NCBI GenBank assembly: GCA_964403585.1
Contig: CAYOFQ010000001.1
Coordinates: 332,456-396,455, forward strand
Reading direction: 5' to 3'
DNA length: 64,000 bases
Source: an uncultured Gammaproteobacteria bacterium
GTDB taxonomy: Bacteria > Patescibacteriota > Microgenomatia > JALYQM01
Made by a program: the position numbers and the translations under genes. Every line of letters begins with the position of its first letter. The first letter of the stretch is position 1. Below are positions 1 through 9,772 of this stretch, one piece after another. The notes beneath the pieces were generated by a model. The model did not search any database. It was not told the origin of the DNA and worked only from the letters and a program-made list of their open reading frames with translations.

Positions 1-52
1 GGAAATAATCAGAAAGATTGCTTCGAATGAGAAAGTACCTTCTCGCAGCGAC

Positions 53-943
53 GTGGCCGAAATGGTATCGAGAGCGGAAGCTTCTTTACATGAGGAAAAA
101 AGAAGACCATCACCACAGAAAAAAGAAGGGTTAGTTCTTTTAGAAAAGATGCAGAAAAAAAAGAAGCGACCGCCATACCGCGAAGGAGGACATAATATTC
201 CTCTCTATTCAGCACGGGTACAATTATTTGAATCGGGAGTTATTGATGATCAGGAATGGCTTGAAACGCTTACTGATATCGAAAGACAAGTCCTAAGGTT
301 GGCGATGGTATGTATTGATAAGCACTTTATTTATACTAATGTTAGAATAGGCGAGACGTTAGGGTTGGAAGAAACATCGGTCCGTAATACGCTCCTGAAC
401 ATAAATCGTCGCAGGAACGGGGAATTAACGCCACGCGCTAAAAGTACTACTCGCTATATTAATACTAAAGGTGAGACTATCCTCCATGGTTATGCCCACT
501 ATAACCTTATTAATGTATGGAGAGAACAAGGTGGATGGCAATCATGGCAGTTAGCTAACTTAACGACCTATCAAAAGGAAATTCTGCTTTTTGTCACTAC
601 CCCTAATGAACACGGCAGGTATCACTCAACTGAAGAAGCTCGGCAAAAGTTTGGTTTCAGTGATGACTCACAAGTCTTAAAAACTATCTTATCGTTAATT
701 GAAGACACATCATTCATTATAGATATCCAAAGCAAGTTAGAGGCTGCTCTCAGGCATAGATCGCTTTTCAACCCGCGGCAAATTGCAATTATTGAAGGTA
801 TGTTAGGGGCACTTCAGGCCGGTGTCTCATTCCGTGGAGACCGTCTGGCCGGTGTCTCCCGTCATTTAGGTTTATCAGATACTGCCTGTAATTTTTTCCT
901 CTACAAAGCCCTTCCTAAAATAATGGGAGGAGTAGTAGAATAA
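53..943 (+). CDS. Hypothetical protein with a possible sigma-70 region-4-like / HTH segment (…LTDIERQVLRLAM…IGETLGLEETSVRN…). The true start may be internal.
   Basis: Long ORF in the six-frame track. An HTH-like helix-turn-helix pattern was recognised by eye. No family was confidently identified. Confidence 0.35.
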   Translation: MAEMVSRAEASLHEEKRRPSPQKKEGLVLLEKMQKKKKRPPYREGGHNIPLYSARVQLFESGVIDDQEWLETLTDIERQVLRLAMVCIDKHFIYTNVRIGETLGLEETSVRNTLLNINRRRNGELTPRAKSTTRYINTKGETILHGYAHYNLINVWREQGGWQSWQLANLTTYQKEILLFVTTPNEHGRYHSTEEARQKFGFSDDSQVLKTILSLIEDTSFIIDIQSKLEAALRHRSLFNPRQIAIIEGMLGALQAGVSFRGDRLAGVSRHLGLSDTACNFFLYKALPKIMGGVVE

Positions 944-1447
944 GTGTATATGCAACAATCAAAAGCCCTTCAGTTCATTTATACGTTATTCATCGGAATT
1001 CTTGTCGCCACGTTTGTGGGACTTGGTATCGATGCTTTCTATGAGCGACCGCAACCGCCGGAATATCCGCGTGAGCTCAGTTATCCGCAAAAGATGGAAG
1101 ATCCGAATAAACCATTTATCGAAACTGAAGAGGGACGACGTATTCAGCAGGAATTTGAGCAGCGCCAGAAAGAGTACGATACTCAATTCAAAAACTACAA
1201 TCAAAATGTTTCGATTATTGCCTTAGTATTATCGGTTGTTATTCTCATCGTCAGTTTAACCCTCATGAAGAACCTGCAGTTACTTTCCGATAGCCTCTTA
1301 CTCGGCGGATTGCTCACGCTTTTGTACAGTGTGATCCGTGGATTTATGACCGACAGCAGTAAATTCCGCTTCAGCGTTGTTGCGGCTGGATTAGTAGCTG
1401 CCTTGTTGGTAGGATACGTAAAATTCGTTAGACCCGCTAAAAGCTAA
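944..1447 (+). CDS. Hypothetical membrane protein (two predicted TM segments)
   Basis: ORF directly abuts the previous stop (operon-like). Hydrophobic stretches: LQFIYTLFIGILVATFVGLGI and IIALVLSVVILIVSLTLM. Confidence 0.4.
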   Translation: MYMQQSKALQFIYTLFIGILVATFVGLGIDAFYERPQPPEYPRELSYPQKMEDPNKPFIETEEGRRIQQEFEQRQKEYDTQFKNYNQNVSIIALVLSVVILIVSLTLMKNLQLLSDSLLLGGLLTLLYSVIRGFMTDSSKFRFSVVAAGLVAALLVGYVKFVRPAKS

Positions 1448-1530
1448 CAAGGATTTCATCGCTCCTCACCTTGCTTTTTTATAGCTGGAAGGGTAGAATC
1501 ATCAAGTATCCCCAAAACAGTAAGGCACGT

Positions 1531-2508
1531 ATGATTCGCGTACAGAATCTAAACAAAACCTTTTTCTCGCGAAAAGGGCAGGGGGGGCTTTTCGGATTTC
1601 TCAAGCCCAAAACGGTCAAGGAATTTCAGGCGGTCCATAATCTCAATTTCCAAATCGAAAAGGGAGAATTTGTCGCTTTCCTCGGGCCAAACGGCGCGGG
1701 CAAAACCACTACTTTGAAAATGCTCACCGGAATTTTGTATCCAACGTCCGGAGAAATTGATGTGTTTGGGTATAATCCCTTCCAAAAGAAAAAGCAGTTT
1801 AAAAAAATGATTAGCTTTGTCATGGCCCAGAAAACGCAACTGTTTCTTGAATTACCGATCAAAGATACCTTCGATTTCTTTGCTGAAATTTATGAAGTAG
1901 ATAAACAAAAATATAGAAAATTATTAGATGAACTTATCGATCGCTTCGAACTACGGGATAAGCTTGGAACAGTCGGCCGCAGGTTATCACTCGGCCAGCG
2001 CATGAAATGTGAACTCATCTGCAGTTTCCTGTATAACCCAAAAGTCATTTTTCTTGATGAACCAACTATTGGACTTGATGTTAACAGTGCCCAAGAAGTA
2101 CGGAACTTCCTCAAAGAAACTAATAAATCGCTTGGTACAACGATAATCTTAACTACCCATAACATGCAGGACGTTGAGGAACTGTGCGAACGAACGATTG
2201 TGATCAACAAGGGTGAAAAAATTCATGATGGAAAAACAGACGATTTAAAAAAAATGTTCGGCGACGACCGGATCGTTGAGTTTATCCTAGACACAAATAG
2301 TCGTGCCATCCCGGATAAAATTATGCACCAGATCCGCAATTCCGGCGGAGAAGTAATCGAAAAGAACTTGTCTAAACTGGTTATTAAAAGTGATCGCCAT
2401 ACCAGCACCGCACTGATAAATATTGTATTAGGAAATGCCCAGGTGAGTGAAATTAATTTTCATGAAGACGACTTATCAGATGTTATAGCCAGAATCTATA
2501 AACAATAA
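1531..2508 (+). CDS. ABC transporter ATP-binding protein (ABC-2 / DrrA-like)
   Basis: Walker A GPNGAGKTTT, ABC signature LSLGQRMK, Walker B IFLDEPTIGLD, H-loop TTHN. Likely start at the ATG at 1531 preceded by AAGG. The track ORF begins earlier, at 1471. Confidence 0.85.
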   Translation: MIRVQNLNKTFFSRKGQGGLFGFLKPKTVKEFQAVHNLNFQIEKGEFVAFLGPNGAGKTTTLKMLTGILYPTSGEIDVFGYNPFQKKKQFKKMISFVMAQKTQLFLELPIKDTFDFFAEIYEVDKQKYRKLLDELIDRFELRDKLGTVGRRLSLGQRMKCELICSFLYNPKVIFLDEPTIGLDVNSAQEVRNFLKETNKSLGTTIILTTHNMQDVEELCERTIVINKGEKIHDGKTDDLKKMFGDDRIVEFILDTNSRAIPDKIMHQIRNSGGEVIEKNLSKLVIKSDRHTSTALINIVLGNAQVSEINFHEDDLSDVIARIYKQ

Positions 2509-2509
2509 T

Positions 2510-3277
2510 ATGTTTAAAGCAATCGCCATACTCCTCAAAGCTAATTACAAAATTGAATTGAAATCAGTGAGGGTTTTTATTTTGAACCTGCTTACTCCAA
2601 TCATTTACCCGGTTGTGTTTGTAATTCAGATCTTTATTATGTACAAAATTAATCCGCATGCTTTTTTTAATCTCCCTCAGGAACTGTTTATTGTCGGAAT
2701 GTTTGCCGTCCAGGTTATTTTCTGGGCTAGTAACGATCGCAGTATGCGGTTTCTCACACTCGACATTCTCTCAGCTAATTTCGACTTAGTATTATTAAAA
2801 CCGGTAAATCTGTTTTTCTATAAATACTTTAGACATTTCGATATGCTCAGTTTAACCATGATTATTCTTAATCTGCTGGCATTCATGTTTACGGCTATTC
2901 ACTATGGACTTGACGCTTTCATGATAGGTAAAAGTTTACTTCTAATTGTCTGTGTGAGTCTGCTCTACTTAAACCTAAAATGTATATTCTACGGGTTTAC
3001 CTTCTTCGCCCGGGATGCCCGACAGATTTCCCGAATTCACCGGACCTTAGAAGATCTTACCTGGATGAAGCCACCGGAAATTTTTCCTGCCGGGTTACGC
3101 ACGTTTCTAACGTATTTACTCCCGTACATAGTCGTTACCGGATTTATTTTCGAATTATTGCGCAGTCACGATACGACTCTTTTCTGGATTATTATTATTT
3201 CCTGGCTGATTATCTCTGCCCTATTAAACACCGGTATTTGGAAACTGGGATTAAAACGTTACGAAAGCATGGGCTAA
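2510..3277 (+). CDS. ABC-2 family transporter permease (membrane subunit 1)
   Basis: Starts 2 nt after the ATPase stop. Multiple hydrophobic helices. Typical ABC-2 operon arrangement. Confidence 0.6.
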   Translation: MFKAIAILLKANYKIELKSVRVFILNLLTPIIYPVVFVIQIFIMYKINPHAFFNLPQELFIVGMFAVQVIFWASNDRSMRFLTLDILSANFDLVLLKPVNLFFYKYFRHFDMLSLTMIILNLLAFMFTAIHYGLDAFMIGKSLLLIVCVSLLYLNLKCIFYGFTFFARDARQISRIHRTLEDLTWMKPPEIFPAGLRTFLTYLLPYIVVTGFIFELLRSHDTTLFWIIIISWLIISALLNTGIWKLGLKRYESMG

Positions 3278-3278
3278 T

Positions 3279-4037
3279 ATGAAGAAATATCTGTATATTA
3301 TAAAAAACAGTTTTCTGGAAGTGAACCATTCATACTTTATCATGGCCATGCAAATGCTCCAGCCGCTCGGTGAAATTTATGGATTCATTTTGTTATACAG
3401 CTATATCCTGAACCCGCAGGCCGGGTTGAATATCTCGAGTGAAATTGCTATCTATTATTTGTTTATTCTCACCGCCAGTACCAGTGTTCTACCCATGTTT
3501 TCCGAGCGCATTCGCAAAGATATCATCGACGATACCTATCTAAATATCGAGAAGCTCCCCATTAATCCTGCAGTATTTTACTTTTTGGACAACGTCGCCA
3601 AGAACATTATTCCGATGGTGGTTTTTATTTTCGGAAGTGTGATCTACATGATCATCTCCGGTGTCCCCGCGATAGCCATTGGCTTATTCGTTCCGACCTT
3701 ACTACTTTCCATAGTGTTATCCCATTTGATTTATTTCGTCTTTACTATGAGCAACTTTTACTCCGAAACAGCCAGTGTGTGGCTCTTTCGAGCCATTTTC
3801 GACTTTACCAGTGGACGCTGGGTGCCGTTACTGTATATTCCAACCGGTATTAGATATTTTCTGTATGCGTTACCATTCCCGTACGCCTTTGGTGCTTTAG
3901 CAAGGAATTTCGCGCAGTTTAATGTCTATGAGTATGGGATATCGGTAACAGTTGCGCTTATTTGGACTATAGTATTGGGTATCATTGGTACTAAGTTATG
4001 GCATCGCGGAAGCTATCACTTTCAGGAAAACGGTTAA
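3279..4037 (+). CDS. ABC-2 family transporter permease (membrane subunit 2)
   Basis: Starts 2 nt after the previous stop. Polytopic hydrophobic protein. Confidence 0.55.
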   Translation: MKKYLYIIKNSFLEVNHSYFIMAMQMLQPLGEIYGFILLYSYILNPQAGLNISSEIAIYYLFILTASTSVLPMFSERIRKDIIDDTYLNIEKLPINPAVFYFLDNVAKNIIPMVVFIFGSVIYMIISGVPAIAIGLFVPTLLLSIVLSHLIYFVFTMSNFYSETASVWLFRAIFDFTSGRWVPLLYIPTGIRYFLYALPFPYAFGALARNFAQFNVYEYGISVTVALIWTIVLGIIGTKLWHRGSYHFQENG

Positions 4038-5887
4038 TCCGAACAATGCCGTACAACCGTTGCTAAATCTTCTCGACCCAAAACATATAACCTATTCATC
4101 GCCCGGGTCAGGGCAACATAAAGGAGATCATGGTCAACATGCTTGCGTTCCTGAGCTACTTCCTTCGCGAGTTTCCGGCCGCCAAAATAATTTGAATCAA
4201 CGCCAACCAGGAAAACCGAGTCAAATTCAACGCCTTGTGCCTCGTTAATTGTTAAAATGTGTACATTGGAATTATGCTTAAATACAGTTCGATACGCCTC
4301 CAGATATTCATCGGATTTCCCTAAAATACCAATAATTCCGTCTCCGGCAGCGTCTACCAGATCTTCAACTTTTTCAATTTCCTGAGCTTTTTGAGCAATT
4401 ACAAATTGTTGTACAGGCTCACCATCTTTTAACCCTTCCGGAACAGTCACCGAAAAACCTACCGAATTCAGATACTCCAGTATCTGTCTGGTATTACGGT
4501 AAACCTTTTGCAGCACGACCTTCCTGCCTGTGCCGAATTTTTCCCCTACGGAAGCCCAATCAGATATCGTATGCGTTCTGGTTTGTTGCGCTAAGTCCCC
4601 AACATAGAGTACCGCACTGGTTTTCTTCCCCACACATGCCAATAATATCTCTATTTGCTCTTGGAGATAGTTCTCCGCCTCATCGACGACAATCAGCGAA
4701 TAGGAGACCGGAGCACGGCGAAATGTTTTTTTATGTTTCAAATGCGTAACGTACTCATAATCGGTTACATCTCCCATTACGGCCTTGTCATGTGCTATCT
4801 GGTGTTTCACAAACAGGGAAAGATCAAAGCGGTCCACAACTCCACCACTAATCTGACGCTCAAGCAAGTCTAATTGTGCCGAATTCATATGCTTGGCATA
4901 AGCCACCCGCATTAAATCAAAGGGATTATCCAGGCGATCAATTTTCTTCAATTTTTTGAGCGCTTTATTCTTGGCATACTCGTAGAGATCCTTCTCTTCT
5001 TCAGCATGTCCGTATCGCTGCACAAAGCGAACATTCTTCAAGCGATATTTTTCAATTACCCATTCATCAAAAGTAGTAATAACAACCTTATTTATACCCA
5101 GTTCAGGGAGTAGCTTAGAGAAATAATGTTTAGTCGAAGCGTCCTGCACAAACACAATAATTTTATGGGAAGGAAAGAGCTGCTCGGTCTCGGGTGCTTG
5201 GGTTAAATAGGCAACGCGATGCAATGCTAATGTCGTTTTACCCGAACCGGCCGGTCCGGATATTAAAAAGGAACCCTGCCAATGAGCCCGAATAACCTCA
5301 TCTTGAGCTTTCTCCATTTGTTCCACAATTTCCGGGAGGGAAAAGTCGGACTTCTTTCTTGTTAATCGTTCCTGGTAAATCAGCTCACGCGGTGAGGCCA
5401 GCGACTCCGTGGCCATAAAAACAATATGCCCGTCCACAATCATGTATTGCTCTTTAGCCAAAAGTTGTCCATGGATATCAAACTCTTCATCCTGGGATTT
5501 GAAGGAAAAGGAGCCGGGGCTTTCATAGCGTAACCGGGCAATCGGTGTTACCCAGGAATAAATTGCATCGGGAAAATAAGGGAAACGGCCAAAATAGATT
5601 GTTTTAGATTGTTTATCTCGGTCAAACTGTACAGTACACTTGGAGAAGTACGGAGATTTGCTAAGCTTGGCTAACTCTTCACTGCGGTTCTTTTTTTCGT
5701 AACTGAGGATTTTCTCAATATCAATATCCGCTTCATCATGTCCACCTTTTTCTGCACCTTTAATGATGTCCTCTAAACGTTGCAGCTCCTTTTGCAGGCC
5801 TTCTCGTTCCACAGTAATATGCTTTTGCACCTCGCCAACATGCTGCTGCGCCTGCTCGTGAAGCGAATCCTTAGTCAGCTGATCCAT
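4034..5887 (-). CDS. helD: UvrD/Rep-family DNA helicase, HelD-like (RNA-polymerase-associated helicase IV type)
   Basis: N-terminal coiled-coil region followed by a helicase core. Walker A ISGPAGSGKTT, DEAE-box VVDEAENY, and VYRNTRQI / VALTRAMNRLYVLG motifs of superfamily-1 UvrD-like helicases. Length and N-terminal extension fit HelD better than UvrD/PcrA. Confidence 0.7.
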   Translation of the reverse strand: MDQLTKDSLHEQAQQHVGEVQKHITVEREGLQKELQRLEDIIKGAEKGGHDEADIDIEKILSYEKKNRSEELAKLSKSPYFSKCTVQFDRDKQSKTIYFGRFPYFPDAIYSWVTPIARLRYESPGSFSFKSQDEEFDIHGQLLAKEQYMIVDGHIVFMATESLASPRELIYQERLTRKKSDFSLPEIVEQMEKAQDEVIRAHWQGSFLISGPAGSGKTTLALHRVAYLTQAPETEQLFPSHKIIVFVQDASTKHYFSKLLPELGINKVVITTFDEWVIEKYRLKNVRFVQRYGHAEEEKDLYEYAKNKALKKLKKIDRLDNPFDLMRVAYAKHMNSAQLDLLERQISGGVVDRFDLSLFVKHQIAHDKAVMGDVTDYEYVTHLKHKKTFRRAPVSYSLIVVDEAENYLQEQIEILLACVGKKTSAVLYVGDLAQQTRTHTISDWASVGEKFGTGRKVVLQKVYRNTRQILEYLNSVGFSVTVPEGLKDGEPVQQFVIAQKAQEIEKVEDLVDAAGDGIIGILGKSDEYLEAYRTVFKHNSNVHILTINEAQGVEFDSVFLVGVDSNYFGGRKLAKEVAQERKHVDHDLLYVALTRAMNRLYVLGREDLATVVRHCSD

Positions 5888-6004
5888 ACAGCCTCCCTAT
5901 GTTAAAAATGGGTAAGATAATTAGGATATCAATAGCATAACCAAAAGGCAAGCATGATTTCCATAAATTTGCACTTTTTCACAACTTCCACTATATTTAT
6001 TCTA

Positions 6005-8395
6005 ATGAAGCAAATTATCGGAAAATTGTTCCAGAAGGAAGGTGAGGAAACCGCTGCCGAGCATCCCTCCCCAATGCTCGCATTATCCATTTCCGCAGGT
6101 GTCGTCAAGGCTACAATCTGGGAATTACAGGATCATAGCGTCGAAATCTTAGGTGTTGGAACAAAAACATACTCAGATTCAGGCAAAGAAAAAAATGTCG
6201 ATTATAAAGTTCTGCTCGAAAAAGCAGCCGATGCGATCGATATGGCCTGTACGGTAGCCGAAGTTGATGTTAAACAAACTATGTTCGGCTTACCGCAGAG
6301 CTGGATCATTAATGAGCAGCTCCTGCCTGAATACGACGAGCTCATGGAAAAATTGGCCGAGGATCTCGATCTTGTCTCAATCGCCTATGTTTCAATCCCG
6401 CATGCCATTTCATATTACTTACAGTATTTGCATAAAACGCCTCCAACAACTTTATTAATCGGCAGTTCTCGTGAAGGTGGCCATATCTCGTTCGTTGAAA
6501 ACGGTAAAATCAGGGAAAGTCATTACATTAATTGGACCGGCGAAAGCTTAGGAAAAAATATTGACCGGGGATTGTCGTTATTCAAGTCTTTGCACTCGTT
6601 CCCGCCGAGTATCTGTCTCTATGGATATGGAGATTTAACTGCCGCCAAGAACGAACTGGCAAAATATGCCTGGAATGTCGGAGCACAAAATGCCACACAA
6701 CAGGGTGCCCCAACCTTCCTGCACGCACCAAAAATTATGGTGCTTGAGGAGCATGTCGATTCATTGGCCGTATCGTTGATCGCCGGCAAGGATTATGCCA
6801 GACAACACGGTATTCAGGGACGATTAAGTATTAAGTCCCTCGAATATCAGAACATGAATTCTAACGCAATGATGCCTGAAGAGCATCAGTTGCCTGCCGT
6901 GCCGGACCATCAAGTTGAAGAACTACTTCCTGCGGCGGTCGCATCAACAGTCACAGCTCATCCCGACGCAGCGCCATTTGGGTTTGTTAAAAATCAGGAT
7001 GTTGTCAGCACTCCTGCGACTGCCGATCTGCATGAAGAAGAGCCGCTCGCAGCTCATGAGTTGGAAGTAGAAGAACCTGAACCACATAACGATATTGAAG
7101 TCCATGACTGGAAAGAAGAAAAAACAGTTATTGACGAAGAAGATCCGGTTGAAAAACCCTGGACCGCTCCGGTTACCCAAAAAAAGAAATTTATCCTTCC
7201 CGCGTTCAAAGCGCCTTTTTCGCTTAAAGGGAAAAAATTAAATCAGCTCATTACCGTAGCAGTCGTCCTTCTGATAGTGGTAATTGGCGGCGGCAGTGTC
7301 GCCGGCTGGGCGCTATGGAATATCCCCAAAGCAACCGTCACTGTCTACGTAAAACCGGATGTCTTGGAAAAACAGGTTACGGTCACAGCAACAGAAAAAT
7401 CAGCGGTTTCTACTATTGAAAATACCATCCCTGCTCAAAGGTTGGCTATTGAACTAAAAGACACCCGACAGGTAGATACAACAGGAAAAAGACAAACAGG
7501 CCAGGTAGCCAAAGGACAGGTGTATTTATATAACAAGACCGGTTCAGATAAAAATTTCCCTGCCAATACCGAACTCCGCTCCGGGAATCTTAAATTCACC
7601 ACTTCGGAAAGTGTTACGGTTGCCTCCGCCAGTGCGACAACCACCGCCAGTGGCGAAACAAAGACCAATGGCAAAGCTAATGTTCATGTTGTTGCCGCGG
7701 ATATTGGCCCGGAGGGAAATATTACTAAAGATACCTCATTAAGCGTGACCGGCTTTGCGAAGGAAGATTTTGAAGCCGTAGCCATCGATGCCTTTACCGG
7801 AGGAACCAAAAAAGACATCCGGGTTGTTGCTGCCGTTGATCGCACTAATCTTTCGCGGGATTTAAAGTCTGATCTTGAACTTAAAATTCCCACAGAATTG
7901 CGTACCAAAGTACCCGAAGACAGCATCCTGCTGGATAAAGCCTGGCAGACAACCCAGGTATTGGAGAAATTCAATAAAAATGTTAACGATGAAAGCGATA
8001 CCGTCTCCGACGATATGACGATTAAAGTAGAAGGGTATCTAATCAAAAAGGCCGATGTTGAGCAGATGTTGGCCAACATTCAAACCGCCGCCGTGCCGGA
8101 CGGGTACGAATTAAAAGATAACAGTAAGGACATCCGAACCGACTTCGTAAGTTTGGATAAATCCGGAAAATTAGTCTTTACGGCCACCAGCAAGGCTAAT
8201 ATTATTCCTAAAATTGATGAAAAACAAATTGCTAAGGATATCTTGGGCAAAAGTGAGGATGCTGCGCGTAAAACACTCTTATCCAACAATAAAGTCCTCG
8301 ATGTATCCTTCCAGTACTCGGTAAATCTTCCCGGGCCACTTCTAACGCTCCCGCATCTCGAGAAAAATATTGAAGTGAAGCGGGGAGTACGATAA
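6005..8395 (+). CDS. Actin-like ATPase (FtsA/PilM-like N-domain) fused via a single TM helix to a large Thr/Val/Lys-rich extracytoplasmic domain
   Basis: N-terminus LALSISAGVVKATIWEL…ILGVGTKTYSDSG resembles the FtsA/PilM/Ppx actin-fold phosphate-1 region. TM segment LITVAVVLLIVVIGGGSVAGWALW sits at about aa 420. About 370 aa of beta-rich sequence follow. Start chosen at the internal Met (MKQIIGKL); the track ORF starts at 5954. Confidence 0.5.
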   Translation: MKQIIGKLFQKEGEETAAEHPSPMLALSISAGVVKATIWELQDHSVEILGVGTKTYSDSGKEKNVDYKVLLEKAADAIDMACTVAEVDVKQTMFGLPQSWIINEQLLPEYDELMEKLAEDLDLVSIAYVSIPHAISYYLQYLHKTPPTTLLIGSSREGGHISFVENGKIRESHYINWTGESLGKNIDRGLSLFKSLHSFPPSICLYGYGDLTAAKNELAKYAWNVGAQNATQQGAPTFLHAPKIMVLEEHVDSLAVSLIAGKDYARQHGIQGRLSIKSLEYQNMNSNAMMPEEHQLPAVPDHQVEELLPAAVASTVTAHPDAAPFGFVKNQDVVSTPATADLHEEEPLAAHELEVEEPEPHNDIEVHDWKEEKTVIDEEDPVEKPWTAPVTQKKKFILPAFKAPFSLKGKKLNQLITVAVVLLIVVIGGGSVAGWALWNIPKATVTVYVKPDVLEKQVTVTATEKSAVSTIENTIPAQRLAIELKDTRQVDTTGKRQTGQVAKGQVYLYNKTGSDKNFPANTELRSGNLKFTTSESVTVASASATTTASGETKTNGKANVHVVAADIGPEGNITKDTSLSVTGFAKEDFEAVAIDAFTGGTKKDIRVVAAVDRTNLSRDLKSDLELKIPTELRTKVPEDSILLDKAWQTTQVLEKFNKNVNDESDTVSDDMTIKVEGYLIKKADVEQMLANIQTAAVPDGYELKDNSKDIRTDFVSLDKSGKLVFTATSKANIIPKIDEKQIAKDILGKSEDAARKTLLSNNKVLDVSFQYSVNLPGPLLTLPHLEKNIEVKRGVR

Positions 8396-8405
8396 ACTCC
8401 ACTTT

Positions 8406-9716
8406 ATGGAACAGATCCTTATTAAAGGTCCCTGCACCTTGTCAGGTACTGTCTCGGTACAGGGCTCGAAAAATTCTTCCATGAAGCATGTCTTGATGCC
8501 TCTGTTAGCTAACGATGTTTTCACTCTGAAAAATATTCCGGATATTGGCAGTACACGCAAACTTCTTGAGCTGGTTATTTTGCAGGGGGCGCATGTGTCC
8601 TGGAACGGCAACACGGTAATAGTCGACACGCGGCAAGTATCGATACCACAACTATTACCCGCCGAGCTGTTTTATTACACCAGTGGGGCAATCTTTCTTA
8701 TACCTATTCTGACATTCAAATATGGCTCCTGCAGTGTAGAAGAACATCCTGAAAGAACCGACACCGGTGGTGACAAAATTGGTACACGCGAATTTAGTCA
8801 GGTGCTCGAAACCCTCCGGTTATTGGGAATTATGCACCGTAAAGAAGGCAAGGTCTATCATTTTTTTGTTGATAAACTCACTCCACTGGACTTTGCGGTA
8901 CCCGTCCGATCGTTCTCAGTAAGTGTCATGGCTACTATTGCTAGCCTGTTTAAGCACGGAACAAGCACCATTCGGCACATCACCGGAGAAGCGGATTTTG
9001 AGGATACCCTTAGATTTTTAAAATCAGCGGGTGTCAGCATTGCTCAAACGGGAGACACACTGGTAATTCAAGGCGACGCGGTCGTCAAAGGAACTACGTT
9101 TGAAAACATGTTTGATCGACACGATTACATTACCTTTCTTGCAGCCGCACTCGCGACAAATTCTGAAATTACCATTTCTAATGTGCACAGGCAACAGATG
9201 AAACTGGACTGTCTGGATACAGTCTTGGCCCAAATGGGGATACAAATTGAACTACGCGATACATCCTGCCATATTCCCGCTCAGCGCGAAAAACTTTATG
9301 CTGCCAATATTATTGCCGGATTATATCCGCAGTTTATTACCGAATGGCAGGTCTTATTTGCACCCTTACTGACTCAAGTAAACGGCGTATCAACTGTAGT
9401 TGAAACCGTGTATACCAATCGTATGCGCCACTGGGAGGAGTTAGGCAAGATGGGGGCAAAATATGAATTTATCCGACATCCGGAGTATCCCGAAGTCGCT
9501 AATAATCCACGGGCAGTTACCGTTACTGGACCTGTTCATTTGCAGGGGGCTCCTGTTATAGCCAACGATCTGCGCGCAGGTGCTGCCTTAATAATCGCCG
9601 GACTCGTCGCCGAAGGTCATACGCTCATCAGTGAAGTAGATCATGTTCATCGGGGCTATGAACGGCTGGTAGAACGGTTACAGGATCTTGGTGCAACTAT
9701 TTCCTATGTTCCGTAA
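8406..9716 (+). CDS. murA: UDP-N-acetylglucosamine 1-carboxyvinyltransferase
   Basis: N-terminus IKGPCTLSGTVSVQGSKNSS and C-terminus LRAGAALIIAGLVAEGHTLISEVDHVHRGYERLVERLQDLGA are characteristic of MurA/EPSP-synthase-fold enolpyruvyl transferases. Length 436 aa. Confidence 0.85.
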   Translation: MEQILIKGPCTLSGTVSVQGSKNSSMKHVLMPLLANDVFTLKNIPDIGSTRKLLELVILQGAHVSWNGNTVIVDTRQVSIPQLLPAELFYYTSGAIFLIPILTFKYGSCSVEEHPERTDTGGDKIGTREFSQVLETLRLLGIMHRKEGKVYHFFVDKLTPLDFAVPVRSFSVSVMATIASLFKHGTSTIRHITGEADFEDTLRFLKSAGVSIAQTGDTLVIQGDAVVKGTTFENMFDRHDYITFLAAALATNSEITISNVHRQQMKLDCLDTVLAQMGIQIELRDTSCHIPAQREKLYAANIIAGLYPQFITEWQVLFAPLLTQVNGVSTVVETVYTNRMRHWEELGKMGAKYEFIRHPEYPEVANNPRAVTVTGPVHLQGAPVIANDLRAGAALIIAGLVAEGHTLISEVDHVHRGYERLVERLQDLGATISYVP

Positions 9717-9772
9717 ACTCAAACCTGAGCTTGCGCTTCTTTCTATTTTTCTGCTACCATAATTCAGCAATT

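Noticed and set aside
9-215. 68-aa minus-strand ORF at the window start
   Set aside because: It overlaps the 5' end of the plus-strand ORF and is K/F-rich. It looks like an AT-rich chance ORF.
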